Source: Ruditapes philippinarum (Eukaryota). Taken from it: 64,000 nucleotides of DNA. A program made the translations under genes and the position numbers. Each line of letters begins with the position of its first letter. Position 1 is the first letter of the stretch. Of this stretch, positions 26,401 through 39,005 are shown in pieces. The stretch is from contig NW_026864029.1 of the NCBI RefSeq assembly GCF_026571515.1, forward strand, positions 1 through 64,000, read 5' to 3'. Below the pieces are notes generated by a model. It made no database searches and was not told where the DNA came from. It was given only the letters and a program-made list of their open reading frames with translations.

Positions 26401-29354
26401 CTGTATTTTGGACACATTTATTCTAAAATGATTTTTCATGAGTTTAATTCCATAACTATGTTAAGGTCAGTGTATAAATCATTTTGAGATTTGGCGATTG
26501 TTTGATAATTTACCTAAGAGAACATCTCGTATGATTGTGTGTTTTAAAAAAATTTAATTGCTAACTTATTTTACAAGTATTTAAAACAACAATATTTCAC
26601 ACTCTTTCAAAATGCGAATGACTATTTGGGTTTACACTCAGGATCAACATTAGGCTGTCCAATGATTGTTCAACAAAGCGCTGCTCAGGAGAGTGGAACA
26701 TTGTTTATCAACAAGAAGGACCAAAAATGTTATGAAATGGTTACAACTGTTCACAGCTGGGAGTATGCTGAGAGAGATTGTAAAAGTAAAGGTGGACATT
26801 TAGCAACAATTGGTGACGCCTTAGATGAGGAAATTGTGTATAAATATGTAAAAGCCTATGGGCATCCCACATGGATCGGCTTACATGACATGAATAAAGA
26901 GGAAACTTTCGAATGGGCTTCGGGTACCATCTAAGCATCCTTTCATTAAATCATTTCGAATGTTGATATTGCTTGAGTAATACATTTAAAGTAAATATAC
27001 TTAATTTTGGTTGCTTTGATATGGTTCTTGATATTTTAATATGAATATTTATATGAGAAATAAAAGTCTTTTGTTCTAACATTTAATTACCTGCTACACA
27101 AATATGTCGCGTCATGCATCTAACACATGCAAATACTACAACAATAAACAATTCTGTCGCGGCTGATACTAAATGATACTAAATGAGTCAACGTAATTAT
27201 CTATTGTTTTACATACCTTCTATTTTAGACCAATAACGAATCAAGAAATATTTTGAATGAATTCATAAATAAGGATATATCATTATAATGGGCGTTATTG
27301 GTTATTATCTACAAGCTTGGTAACTTTGTTCATATGTATTTACGTTTTAAGTAATCGTTATCAACATACTGTATATACATTACAGGAGAACCTGTGGCTT
27401 ATCTTAATTGGCACGCTGGCAGAAAAGATATATTTTTTCATAATATAGAAGACTGTGTTGCCATGGGACCACTAACGGGTACCTGGGAGGATATGGACTG
27501 TCTAGATAGATATGCATATATTTGCGAATATGGTGAGTATGGCAGTGTTATCAAAATTGTTTTATTTAATGCTTTTAAAAATAATTTATTTTTACATTTT
27601 CCCGAAACAAAGCATTTTATAGAATTATCCTAGACTGTTTGTTTTACAAAACAAAAATATCATGGCATTTTATTCATTGAAAGATGATCGTGGTNNNNNN
27701 NNNNNNNNNNNNNNNNNNNNNNNNNNNNNNNNNNNNNNNNNNNNNNNNNNNNNNNNNNNNNNNNNNNNNNNNNNNNNNNNNNNNNNNNNNNNNNNNNNNN
27801 NNNNNNNNNNNNNNNNNNNNNNNNNNNNNNNNNNNNNNNNNNNNNNNATATAATCGTTTATTTAAATGCATTTATGTTACATATGCAGTTTATGGCGCCA
27901 ATTATGTACCGACTACCCCTCCTGCAGGATCCTATACAGACGGTTTGTTTTTTGTTGATACAATGTATATAGATTTTTCTGTCAATGTGTATATGCCGGT
28001 TGATGGACGTCATTTGTTAGTCTAGTAACAACAACCCGACCACCAGAACACTGGCTTGGCATAAACAAAACATTTTCACTTATTGATATATTTTATTAGA
28101 TAATATTAAATTCAAAATGTAACATTTTTACGTTTCACTATTGAATACACTCAAATGATTCAATATGAAAGGAAAAAGCAAAAGCTTCGTATGTAATTGT
28201 TTAACCTTTGTTTTGCTTTCAAGGGAATACGAATATGTGTTCTGCAAGTGTACAAACGGCTGCCCTCCATGACAGTGCAGCTCTTGGTCAATATGGAAGA
28301 AGTTGCTACGAATTGATATTACACACAAGGGTTAGATGGGAGCATGGTGAAAGTATGTGTAAAAGCCGCGGCGGTCATTTGGCACACATATATAGCGCAG
28401 ACGAGCAAGGTTTTGTCCAGTATTTCATGAATCGTCACTCACCTCAACATGCTGTCTGGATTGGCCTGCATGATACAAGTGTTGAGGGACAGTTTGAGTG
28501 GACAACAGGTTTACCTGTTATTGTCAATTATATGCATGTTCGTTTCATTCCTGCAGATTACATGTAAAATTTTAGGTTTCTTACACTAATTATTTACATC
28601 AAATACTTATATGTAATATATTTATCATTATAAGTCATATGGGAAATTAACCTAAAGATTTAAAAGGTTAAAGGATTTTATCATATTCTGCTTTATTACC
28701 AAGTTACATTTAACCTTTGGTGTGTAGGAAATGCTGTTAATTATACCAACTGGATTCCTGGACATGAATCAAATTTTGAAAGCTCCAAGACGGAAGATTG
28801 TGTTGCATTCATCCCGTACAAGAACGGACAATGGGACGACATACCATGCGGTTATCAATTCATTTTTGGAGACAGCGGAGAAACTCATCCTATCCTCTGC
28901 CAGTTTGGTATGTTTCAGTTTTAACAGCTTTACATTATTTGCTATTAACATTTTCAATATCCCGATTAAAATGATAACTGAAAAAGTCTTCGTCCAATGT
29001 TATGTTACTTAATTTGCTTTACAATGAAGCCAAAGAACGTGCCTGTAGGTTAAGGTCCATCATAAAAATTCTATTGATATTCAAAAAGTAAACGAAATAT
29101 ATTATCTTTATTAAAATAATCATGATGCCAAAAAATGTTTTATCAATTTCATGAAAACTTACAAATTGAAATATCTTTGTCTTAACATCTTTATAACAAT
29201 ATCTTGTATGAAATTTTGTTAGATAAAATAATTTGGTTCCTTGACAATAAGAAATGTATGTTTTTAAAATCTAGAGATATAAGGTTGTTTTTTTATCTTT
29301 TAATATTGTCTTTGTATTTCAGATATCGATTCTGCTCAAATAATTGTTGGATAA
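23423..29354 (+). CDS. Secreted C-type lectin D (~509 aa), recent paralog of B
   Basis: Exons 23423-23527, 23911-24021, 25381-25453, 25913-26173, 26642-26923, 27386-27532, 27889-27942, 28224-28508, 28728-28907, 29323-29354. Open frame; ends DIDSAQIIVG*. Confidence 0.88.
24267..25158 (-). mobile_element. Internally deleted mariner transposon in intron 2 of lectin D
   Basis: TA TSDs (24265-24266, 25159-25160) and ~31-bp imperfect TIRs starting CGAGGG. Transposase motifs ITGDEMWVHY, KVMLVAF, HDN and a frameshifted PYSPDLAP. Absent from gene B intron 2. Confidence 0.92.
27695..27847. other. Assembly gap (153 N)
   Basis: Run of n characters. Confidence 0.99.
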
Positions 29355-30690
29355 TATTTAATATAACAGTTGCAGAACTCTAGTCTTAAAACTTGTACAG
29401 ATTTTTTATAGAAATATAAAGTTTGTCTTATTGGCTTGAGTTTGTTTTCATTTGATGTAAAACAATTTAGTACCCAAAGTTTTCATATTTGTACAGCATG
29501 TTAATAGAAAAATAAAGACTATCGTTAGGCGCTTAGTTGTGTTTATATTAAATAGTTACCTGCATTTGGGGAAATGTGAAACTCTATGAAAACGCAAAAC
29601 ACAGACAAAATTTCAAATGCACAGTGGAACACATAGTATACTTTCAGTCACAATAAATGTTAGATATAATTTTTTATTGTACATGAAATAGTAGCTACAA
29701 CCATTACATTATTAACCATTAAAACACACAGTGTACCACAAAAATATGGAGAAAAGGTGATCCCTCGGAACTATTCTTCACAGCAAAATTACATGAAAAT
29801 TGCAGACGCGGCTTGATTGAGACAGTTTTACTTCCTGTTATCGCAAAAATGATTCAAGTTGAAATATATGCTACCAAGAAAGGTACAGTGATCGGAAGTA
29901 TTAACATGGGCTTGTAATTGCAATACAGCGTATACATTGTATTGTTTAGGCTTGTAAGACAGGGTACAATGATTCTTTGATTCTTTTTATATGTTGAGAT
30001 TACATCAAACATTTTACACTTAATATGTGAATGATAAGACAATACTTTTATTCAATTATTTATAAAAAAGTAATTGTTTTATTTCAACAATATGTATAGG
30101 TTGAATGATAAAATCAGATTTTTCCGACAGATACATCCACTTTTTATCTTCATGAAAAAGCGTACAACACGAAGTAATAGCAATATTCTAAAATATTTTC
30201 AAAATATACATACACTGAAAACTATTTAAGATAATATACATATATTGACATGATGTAGTCAGCGTTGCTATTAATACTTTTAAAAATTTCCTTTCAACAT
30301 TTTTCGTGTGATACTTTTAGAATAAGTCACTTATATTTGTATACCTTGGCACAAATATTAAAAGTTTTCCTTGTTTATTTAAATTATAGGACAATAAAGA
30401 TATACGCATTTTGCTTAGTCCATAATATACAACACCGTTTTTATCAAGAAGTACAGTTTGATATTTTATACAACTCCTATGTTATATTCACGCTGCTGCA
30501 CAACAGGCTTGATATGTTATCCGTTCCGTGAGACAATGCAGTGACACTCTTGTTTTCTTCAACATTACTATTCAACGTTAACTGCTTCTTTCAATATTTT
30601 TTACCATATCTACCTTAAAGTTTCTAGAATGATGCCCTATTCATATATACATTTTATAACCTTATTTAACGTTAAACCACACTCGTTTGC

Positions 30691-32641
30691 TCAAGAATTA
30701 CAGTTTGATCCGGGTTTTCTCGTGAACTTTTTCACGAAGCTGCACAGCATGCTCATTACGTTCGCCGTTCCATGAGAGAATGAGGATGTAACTGAAATAT
30801 ACACAAAATATAGTTATAATATTTAATGCTAGTACGTTGTATGGCAGGTTTTTACTGCCCCCGTTATAATTTGTACTTTGGTAAAATCAATTTTAAGTTT
30901 AGTTCGTTTACACCAACACTTTTAGAGAAAGTTATAACGCTAACTTGTAAGAATTTGGTGGAGAAAATCAGTACAGTTAATATACATGTAGTATCAATGT
31001 CTCTGTATTTTACTCCCTTTTAAACCTTTAAATGTACAGTCATTTATGAACATAACACATAACCATTCATTTCGTAATTTAACATGCAGCTTGTCATAAC
31101 CTCGTACGGACTGACCCAAACCTTGTGTTAATAAACATTAGAAATAGCTTCCAGTCAAATCAACTGGGGTAAATTTCCAGAATTGCTATGTACAAAAGGA
31201 GATTCCTCTAATCATTATCAGACTAACTGAAGTATACAGATAAAAGTCATACCACTTTCACAACACCAACATGTTCCACAACCTGGATAATTTCCATTAA
31301 ATCCTTTTGTAAAGTTGCCGTTTCGTTTTTCGCACTGAGCTTTTTCTTTTGCAGTCGATGGCTTTGAGCCCATCTCTCTTCGATCTTCAGACGTCCATTT
31401 ATAGCATTTATACTCCGCTGAGGGTTTGTAGAATTTGTTTTGGGTGAATGTTATAATATTTGATAGTAAATCCTTATATGAACCGTGTCACGTCAAAACC
31501 AACAGAATGGTTTTGCGACCAGCATGGATCCAGACCAGCCTGCGCATTCGCGCAGTCTAATCAGGATCCATGTTGTTCGCTATCAGTTTCTCTACTTGTT
31601 ATAGGGTTTGTAAGCGAACAGCATGGATCCTGATCAGACTGCGCGGATGCGCAGGCTGGTCTGGATCCATGCTGGTCGCAAACCCATTATGTTGGTTTCG
31701 TCGTGACGCGGCTCATATATACCATACATCTATTTGTGTTAAACATCCAAAATTAGTTTCGATTTGCCTATTTATTCTTAAATTATAATAGAAGCAATAA
31801 CGGTTCGTCCCATTAACGATTCGCCACATAGCGTTTTGCCAAATTCTAATTGCAACTAGTCCAGGCAATAGCTATTCAAAATATTTTACCCTTTCAATCA
31901 AACTTATTAATTACCGAAAACAAAATTAAGAAACCCAAAATGGCTGGTTTGGAAGTAAATATTGTCATACTCGTGCGAGTCGTCGTTTACAATATTATTC
32001 TTGCCAACGTCTATAGGTCTTAGAGGATAGACATTTGAGATGTTATATTGCCTATCACTTTTGTTTTTCAAGTAACCTTTAAATCATTCAATTGGGCTTA
32101 ATATCATTTCAGTCCTAGGTGATATGTTCTTTCCTTGTATAAATTAATATCTTAGATTTCGTGTTCTTACCGCCTCACCTAATGCATCAACAACTGAATT
32201 GTAGCAAAAATAAAGCCATTTTCATCGTTAACTTTTTTATCTCAGGTTACACGATTTGGAAGATGTTGGTCATACAGTGTTTGGCATTTAGTAATAAATA
32301 TGTACCAAACTGTTACGCAGCGAATCGCTATGGGACATTTCACAAAAGAGGTAATTCGATATATTACCTTCAGGCGTCTAGTTAGTGTTGAGTAAATGAT
32401 AAAGTTCAAAGTAATAAATAGCAAAATATAAGTAAATAAGTAAAATAGATAAATAAATAAATTGTACATAAAAAAACAACAAAAAATAATTTTAAAAAAA
32501 ATAACAGTACTAAAAATAAATAAAACATTTTATATAAATGAAAGAAAATTAAGAATATAGAAATAACGACATACCGTTTGAACAAGGTACGAAAATGCTG
32601 ATGAAACAAATTATCCATATAACAATAACCCAAGCGTTCAT
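30691..32641 (-). CDS. Small secreted cysteine-rich peptide P1 (110-aa precursor)
   Basis: Exon 1 at 32641-32575: MNAWVIVIWIICFISIFVPCSN (signal peptide). Exon 2 at 31417-31253: AEYKCYKWTSEDRREMGSKPSTAKEKAQCEKRNGNFTKGFNGNYPGCGTCWCCES. Exon 3 at 30791-30691: VTSSFSHGTANVMSMLCSFVKKFTRKPGSNCNS*. Phase-1 GT-AG introns. Confidence 0.85.
31478..31717. mobile_element. Palindromic (foldback) MITE, ~240 bp
   Basis: Inverted arms of ~100 bp around a ~30-bp spacer; near-identical copy at 61748-61986. Confidence 0.85.
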
Positions 32642-34269
32642 TTTAGCAGCTAACAAATAAAAAAATACACTACTCTCGGTCACATTTGCATTAAATGTGA
32701 AAACACTGTTTTTGTACTTCTTTTCTTTATATTTATAAAGTCATCAAACTACATCAATCATTCGTTCGTAAACAATGCAAGTATGGTTAAAGTACATTCC
32801 CAGTTGATGACCTGTAGCTCGTGTATTCCTATCTAATTTCTAATATATCGAAAACACATAAAACGATACGATTTGTTTTAAGATGCACGCTTAATATATC
32901 TGTTTATAACACGGAGAGTTTTTAAAACAGCATAACTATTTTACCTTAAAATCTTAGACATGCATACAACAATAATATGTTATAGGTCAGTGACCTGTGA
33001 AAAAATTAAAGTAAAAGTAGATCGTTTCATATGAACGAATCAGAAACGACAAGAGAAAGTAGAGTATGTCATACGTTTAAGTCAAGATATCGCGTTCAAA
33101 ATGTGTGGAACTTGGATGTACGCGCATAACGATCATAAAAATTTAGATTTATAATTTTGCTGTCACAGCTACCATATTTCCGATTTGCCGAGGTTGTTTA
33201 ATACGACAAATACTCGTACGTATGCTATAATCGTATTTCATTCTTTAGATTCTATAAATAAATAAGTTATATTAAAATCGGCGTGTAGACAAATGTGCTG
33301 GTCTGTAATGTACAGTAATTTCTAGGATTTCTCAGTTCATAAACCACTTGAGGTTGCCCAATATGGCTAAACTTAAAATGTTACAGATTTACAGTTAAAT
33401 GTATTAAGGCACGCTGTCGTCCGCACAATCCTAGGACGGATACATGTTGATTAATTTTGTTTGTTTTGCTCATTAACACAATACAAGTCATATGACGCCG
33501 AAAAAGAAAAGATGAATTTGGCTTATCTTTAGTGTTACAAACTTAAAACAACACTAGCTGTAAGAACCACAACATCTGCTTGAGCTAAGAGTTGCATAGC
33601 CTTTAGTTATTCCAACCCATTAAGTCGCCTATTTTGATCTTGCAGGGATAAACAGTGGCTGAAATTCTGATGCCTCATCCCTTAAAGACAACTCCTCTGC
33701 CACAAAGGGGAACATATTGAATAATACCTTATAAATGGAATGCGGTATTTACATGAAAATTAATATTTCACTATTGATTTATTGCATTTTTCTTTTATTT
33801 TTAAAATGAGGTATAGGGATAAATTTCAATTCATGTGTTGGTTATAAAAAAGCTATTCCTTTATAGATGATCACCTTTAGGTAACCTAAATATAACTGAC
33901 GTGACGTATGTAACATTAATAATACTTGACAACAGCCTACGTGTATATTCACCTGTATATATTGCTCAAAATATATTATGATAATAATTTTGCTACTAGA
34001 AGATGGCATTGTATTTTGCCCATAATTTTTTTTTAATGTGCTCAGCACAAAAGTCAAATGCAACATAACCGGTATGTTACAATAAGAAAAAGCAAAGATC
34101 CCTACAAAACCAAGATCTTCCTTATCTGATTATAATAGAAATTGCACCACAGCACAATTGTTAAGAAAACAACACATGTCAATGGTAAAATCTTTTGTTT
34201 TTCAAATAAGGATCAATCCAATGTTTTATAATATCATCATAATTTAACATATCACAAAATCCATTTGTC

Positions 34270-37200
34270 TTAAGAAAAACACTGTCGATCAGAGATGCCC
34301 GTTATCTTTTTAAGGAGGCTGCACCTCATGTTTAATATGTTTGCCAATCCAAAAGATTCTCTTTTAGCCCCAAGGCTTACTGAAATAAATAAATAAATAA
34401 TCAAAGAATATATAAATAACTAAATAAATACAGTGTAATTGTAAATAAATAAAGTACCAGAAAGAAAGAAACGCTCAATTACACACAAGTTTTTCAATAA
34501 TTGGTATTCTATTGCTTTGAAAAAATATATTGCTGCCCGAGTGGAGATAAAATTGTAGAAAACAATTATTAGTATTATTTATTATGAATATTTACAATGA
34601 CAGCCGTTTTATTAAAATAGTTTTTCAATACGTACAATGGAATGACTAAAGTTTGGCATTTTTTTGCAAAAGTAATGTTTCCGAGTCACATCAAAACGAA
34701 AAATAGCCTCTAAAATACCAATGTAAAACTATAAATCTCTATGAATATAAATATATATACAAAAGATGTATCATTATAAAAAATACTCGGATTAATAAAG
34801 GAGTAAGGATGAATATTAATACATAAATAGATAATGACCATACCTCTTTTACAACACGAGCATGTCTCACAACCTTCATACGTTCCATTATTCTCTTGTG
34901 TAAAGATCAAGTGTCGCTTTTCGCACTGAGCTTTTTCTTTTGCAATAGAAGGTTTCGAACCAATTTCTTTTTGATCTTCGGCTGTCCACTCATAGCATTT
35001 ATACGCCGCTAAAAGATAGTTGTATGAAGAATTCTGTTTAAGAATGTTAGAATAAATCGAAGTATATGAAGCAAGGTAACACGCTTCAACACAAGGTAGG
35101 GTTGGGGTTCCTTTGCCGAGGTAAAAGCCGTTGACTGTTAACCACTTGCCCATATCAAGCGTGAGCTCGAATCCCGTCACAGTCCTACGCATAAACCCGA
35201 GATTTCCAGTTTTCCCCCCAAATTTCCTATCTCTGGCCAGTGATGAGCATTTAATTATAATTACATGGCTTGTCACTGTATCACTGATAGCAGCACCCTA
35301 GAATGTTTTATGATCCTATCATGTTTCAAGAATGTATAGTTTAAGCTTGAGGATATAGAGAACATTTTAGATATAAGGGAAACTACACTGTTGAACCCCC
35401 ACAGTGACATTGACCAGTCTTGTTCGCGACACACCATACATCTATGGTTATTTCATATATAAAAGAAAAATAAAAATCCTTTCATGCATACTGAAATTTC
35501 AGAGCGGACACGACCACCTTCTATATTTATATATAACATAAAAAAATGACAAAGTTCGAACCCCCACAGTGACATTGACCTTAGTCGTAGGAACCCGAGT
35601 CTCGTTCGCGACACACCATACATCTATGGTTATTTCATATAAAAAAAAATAAAATCCTTTCAGAGCGGACACGACCACCACTGTCTATATGTATAAAGCC
35701 TGACGGACTGATAGACTGACATACTGACAGACAGACAGACAGACGGTTCGATTTTAATATGCCACCGGGGGGATAAAAATCATCTAAGTTCAAAGGGGAA
35801 ATAATTTTAGAAATATTCATGCTAGAGTTATGAATCTTGTCACACATGTATAAGGAACATTTATTTTAAGTTAGAAGTATATACCTTAAGAAATAAAGAA
35901 GTAAGTAAAAAAGAAACATTTATGAGGAAAAAATGAGTTTAAGAAATAAAGAAGTAAGTAAAAAGTAACATTACTTGGGGAAAAAAATGAGTTCATGGGG
36001 AGATAATTCTGGAAAAATATTGGTGCTAGAGTTAATTACATTGTCACATATGATGTAGTTGATGGTAAGGAACACATATTTGAAGTTTGAATTCAATCAC
36101 TTATTATTAAATGAAGACGTTAGAGTAAAAAATAAAATTATTTTATGGAAAATTATATGTTCAAGGGGATATAGTTCTGGAAATACTGGGTTTTTGAGTT
36201 TAACACCTTATCACATGATGTGTATGATGATAAGGAATACATGTGTACATGTGAAAATTAATGACCCTTCAGGGCGGGGCCAAATTTTACCCCAGGGCTA
36301 TGATCTGAACAAACTTGATAGACACTCAGTAAAAGATGTTTCATACCAAATATCTAAGCTCTAGCTCTTTGGATTTTTTAAAAGAAGATTTTATAAGGGT
36401 TTTTTTGGTTGCTATGGCCAAAGTTCTGCATTGAACACCTTTGGTAGAGCTTTACGCAAGGAACACTCCTGCAAAGTTTCAACAAATTTGGCTTATTGGT
36501 TTAGGGGTAGAAGTTGTTTAAAGAAATTTTGACCTCAGATGAGCTAATAAAAAAAGTAAGAGATAAAATGTTTACTGCACATAAGCATTAATTTAAAGTA
36601 TGCACGCTGGAGCCGACTTACAAACCGAGGTGAGTAGCACAGCTCTCCATATACTTTATATAGTCGAGCTAATAATAAAAATATCACTTACCTGGTCACT
36701 TAGTTAAGAGTCTTGCACTTTGCAGTAAAAAATTACATCTGTAACAATGTTTGACTTTTTTTGTTTGTTTTTTATCGTGTTATTTTTCCGGGTAGGGCAG
36801 TTCACTCAGTAACATGAGTAACAGTGACACTTAACTATGGAAGTTTATTAATTAAGAAGATGATTATCACTTATACAGGTATTTCATTAAGTAGCTAAAA
36901 TTTATCTTGTGATATTAAGTATATTTACAAATAATTCAAATAATTGCTAAGTTTCACAATTCACTTTGGCCGCAGACTCAGAGAAAAAAATAACATCGAT
37001 AAAAGTGAGTGTATCTTAAGAAATTTGATCCCTCAACGTTAGGGGCCATTAGATAAGAATATACAGAGAGCTAATAATAAATGATGACAAAACTCTCACA
37101 CAGTGGACGTGTTAATGGGAGAAATACAGTTAGTAGTGATCTACTAGCTGATAAGCCCTTACTGAGATTCAGCAGGCTGGAAGGGTTTATGCGTAGGACT

Positions 37201-37905
37201 GGTCAGGGACTTTTGAATCTTTACAAATAGCTCAGAGAACGTCAATAATTCTTCAATGTCCGCTTGTGGTAGAAATAATGCAAGAAAGGCACCTGAGGTC
37301 TTCTTCCACCAATAAAGATGGAAAGTCGCCATATGATTTTAGAAGTGTCGGTGTGTTGCAACTATAACCCGAAATAAAATTTACTAAGACACAATATGCA
37401 AAATATGTCAATCATTTATTATCATTGGAAATTCTTTATTATTGTATTATATTTCAGTGAGGTGTTTCTTTTCTTTTTATTTCTTTTGTTTTGTTGCATT
37501 GTATCCTTTGAGCATTACGTAAGCACTTGACACTTGTTGTAATGTGTAGAAAATTATAAAAAAGCGAGGAGGCTTTAATGTTTTCTACCATATACCTCTA
37601 AAAAGATAGTATTTCTTCAACGTTAACATTTTTATCAAAATCTGACACGTCTTAACATTTTGGGCCGAATCGTATTTATAGCCCGACAAGTCGTTATGAA
37701 GCAATTTGTAATCAAGAAGGCATTTAAATAAAGAATTCGAAATGAAAAAAAAAAGAAAGTTCATATTATTAAACAGCAAAATGATAAAACATGTTATGAA
37801 ATTTTAATGATATAAAATAAATAGAAAAAAACACATACCATTTGAACAATGTATAAAAACGTTAAGGAAACATAATGTCCATATTACAAGGTTCCCAGCG
37901 TTCAT
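34270..37905 (-). CDS. Small secreted cysteine-rich peptide P2 (113-aa precursor)
   Basis: Exon 1 at 37905-37839: MNAGNLVIWTLCFLNVFIHCSN. Exon 2 at 35008-34844: AAYKCYEWTAEDQKEIGSKPSIAKEKAQCEKRHLIFTQENNGTYEGCETCSCCKR. Exon 3 at 34379-34270: VSLGAKRESFGLANILNMRCSLLKKITGISDRQCFS*. Confidence 0.85.
35390..35780. repeat. Interspersed repeat with two ~170-bp core repeats and a (GACA)n tract; possible Helitron/Helentron-type non-autonomous element
   Basis: AACCCCCACAGTGACATTGACC...TCGCGACACACCATACATCTATGG...GAGCGGACACGACCAC occurs twice, followed by a GACA microsatellite and a short GC-rich end. The class assignment is inference. Confidence 0.55.
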
Positions 37906-39005
37906 TATATCCAGAAAACTAAGCAAAAGAAACAAACATACGGTCCTTGGTCACATTTGAATCAGATATAAGAGCATGGTTTAAATTGTTCGTCTTATGT
38001 TAAAGTACTGTCCTGTATTCAGACCAGTCAATTATACACTACTACGCATCAATCTTGATCTTGTGAAAGGTATGTACCTTTATTAAGAAATAAATGAAAC
38101 CATTGAAGTGTATGTGTTTTTATATTAGAAAAAAACAACAACAAATAAAAAAACACAAAAAACAACCTCCCCGAAAAGAAATACCAACAAAAAACAATAC
38201 CCCCCAAAAAAACAAAAAAAAAACAAACAAAAAAACAAAGAACAAACAAAAGACAAGCAACAAAAAAAAAACATGCACTTTTACTTGATAAATATTCATT
38301 TATAAAATAGAAAGTTGAAAATGATTCACCTGAAAAATCGCATCATATTTTGTAATACAGTTGCATAGAGCAAATGCAAAAATATGTTAGTGACCGGTGA
38401 AAAAATATATCAAAAATTATAAGAAGTAAAAGAAGACCGTTTTTAATGAACGCGTCGGCAGCTCACCAAAGAAACAACGGGACAACAAAAATGTGTTTTT
38501 AACGTTATGCATAACGTAATAAATTTAGTTAAAATACAGCCTTAATAAACGTACAAAAATGTGTAGGTTAAAAATGCGAGATTTGAGACATTAAATTAAA
38601 TCCAGTTTTTTCAAGCCCAGGCAGTTTTGTCCGTCAATTTTGTATCGTTAGATAAACTATTTTACTCTCTCAATTACACGTAGATTTAATTTAGTCATAT
38701 TATCATCGGGGCTGAATTATTGCTTCATTTAATCGTTTAACAGCAGTCAAAACAACAACAACAACAACAAAAACATAGCTACAACGCCTTAAATTGCATT
38801 TGCATTAGTTGTTTTTATTTTGAAATTGAATGTAAGACATCGATTCAACTCGAAAAGTTATTGGTTTATGTTGAGCTTACAAAAATCTTTGTTTCTTTTT
38901 CTTTTTGTACACTCGCAGGGATCAAAAGTTGCCCGTTGCTTTCCTATTAGTCATTTAAAGGGTCGACTGTAATACAAAGGCTTTCATGAAACACTGCTTA
39001 TTCTC

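Larger units (their letters stand above)
19365..31162 (+). repeat. Segmental tandem duplicate of window positions 1 to ~11500 (offset ~19.4 kb)
   Basis: Colinear similarity of exons, introns and intergenic DNA from CGTAGAAAATATGTAG (1 and 19365) to AATAGCTTCCAGTCA (~11495 and ~31157). Confidence 0.93.

Noticed and set aside
27662-28025. ORFs spanning the X run
   Set aside because: Artefacts of the N gap; only the 54-nt linker exon is supported.
34710-35276. 188-aa ORF as a single-exon gene
   Set aside because: Only 35008-34844 is conserved with P1 and P3 and bounded by AG/GT; the rest is intron, including a SINE relic.
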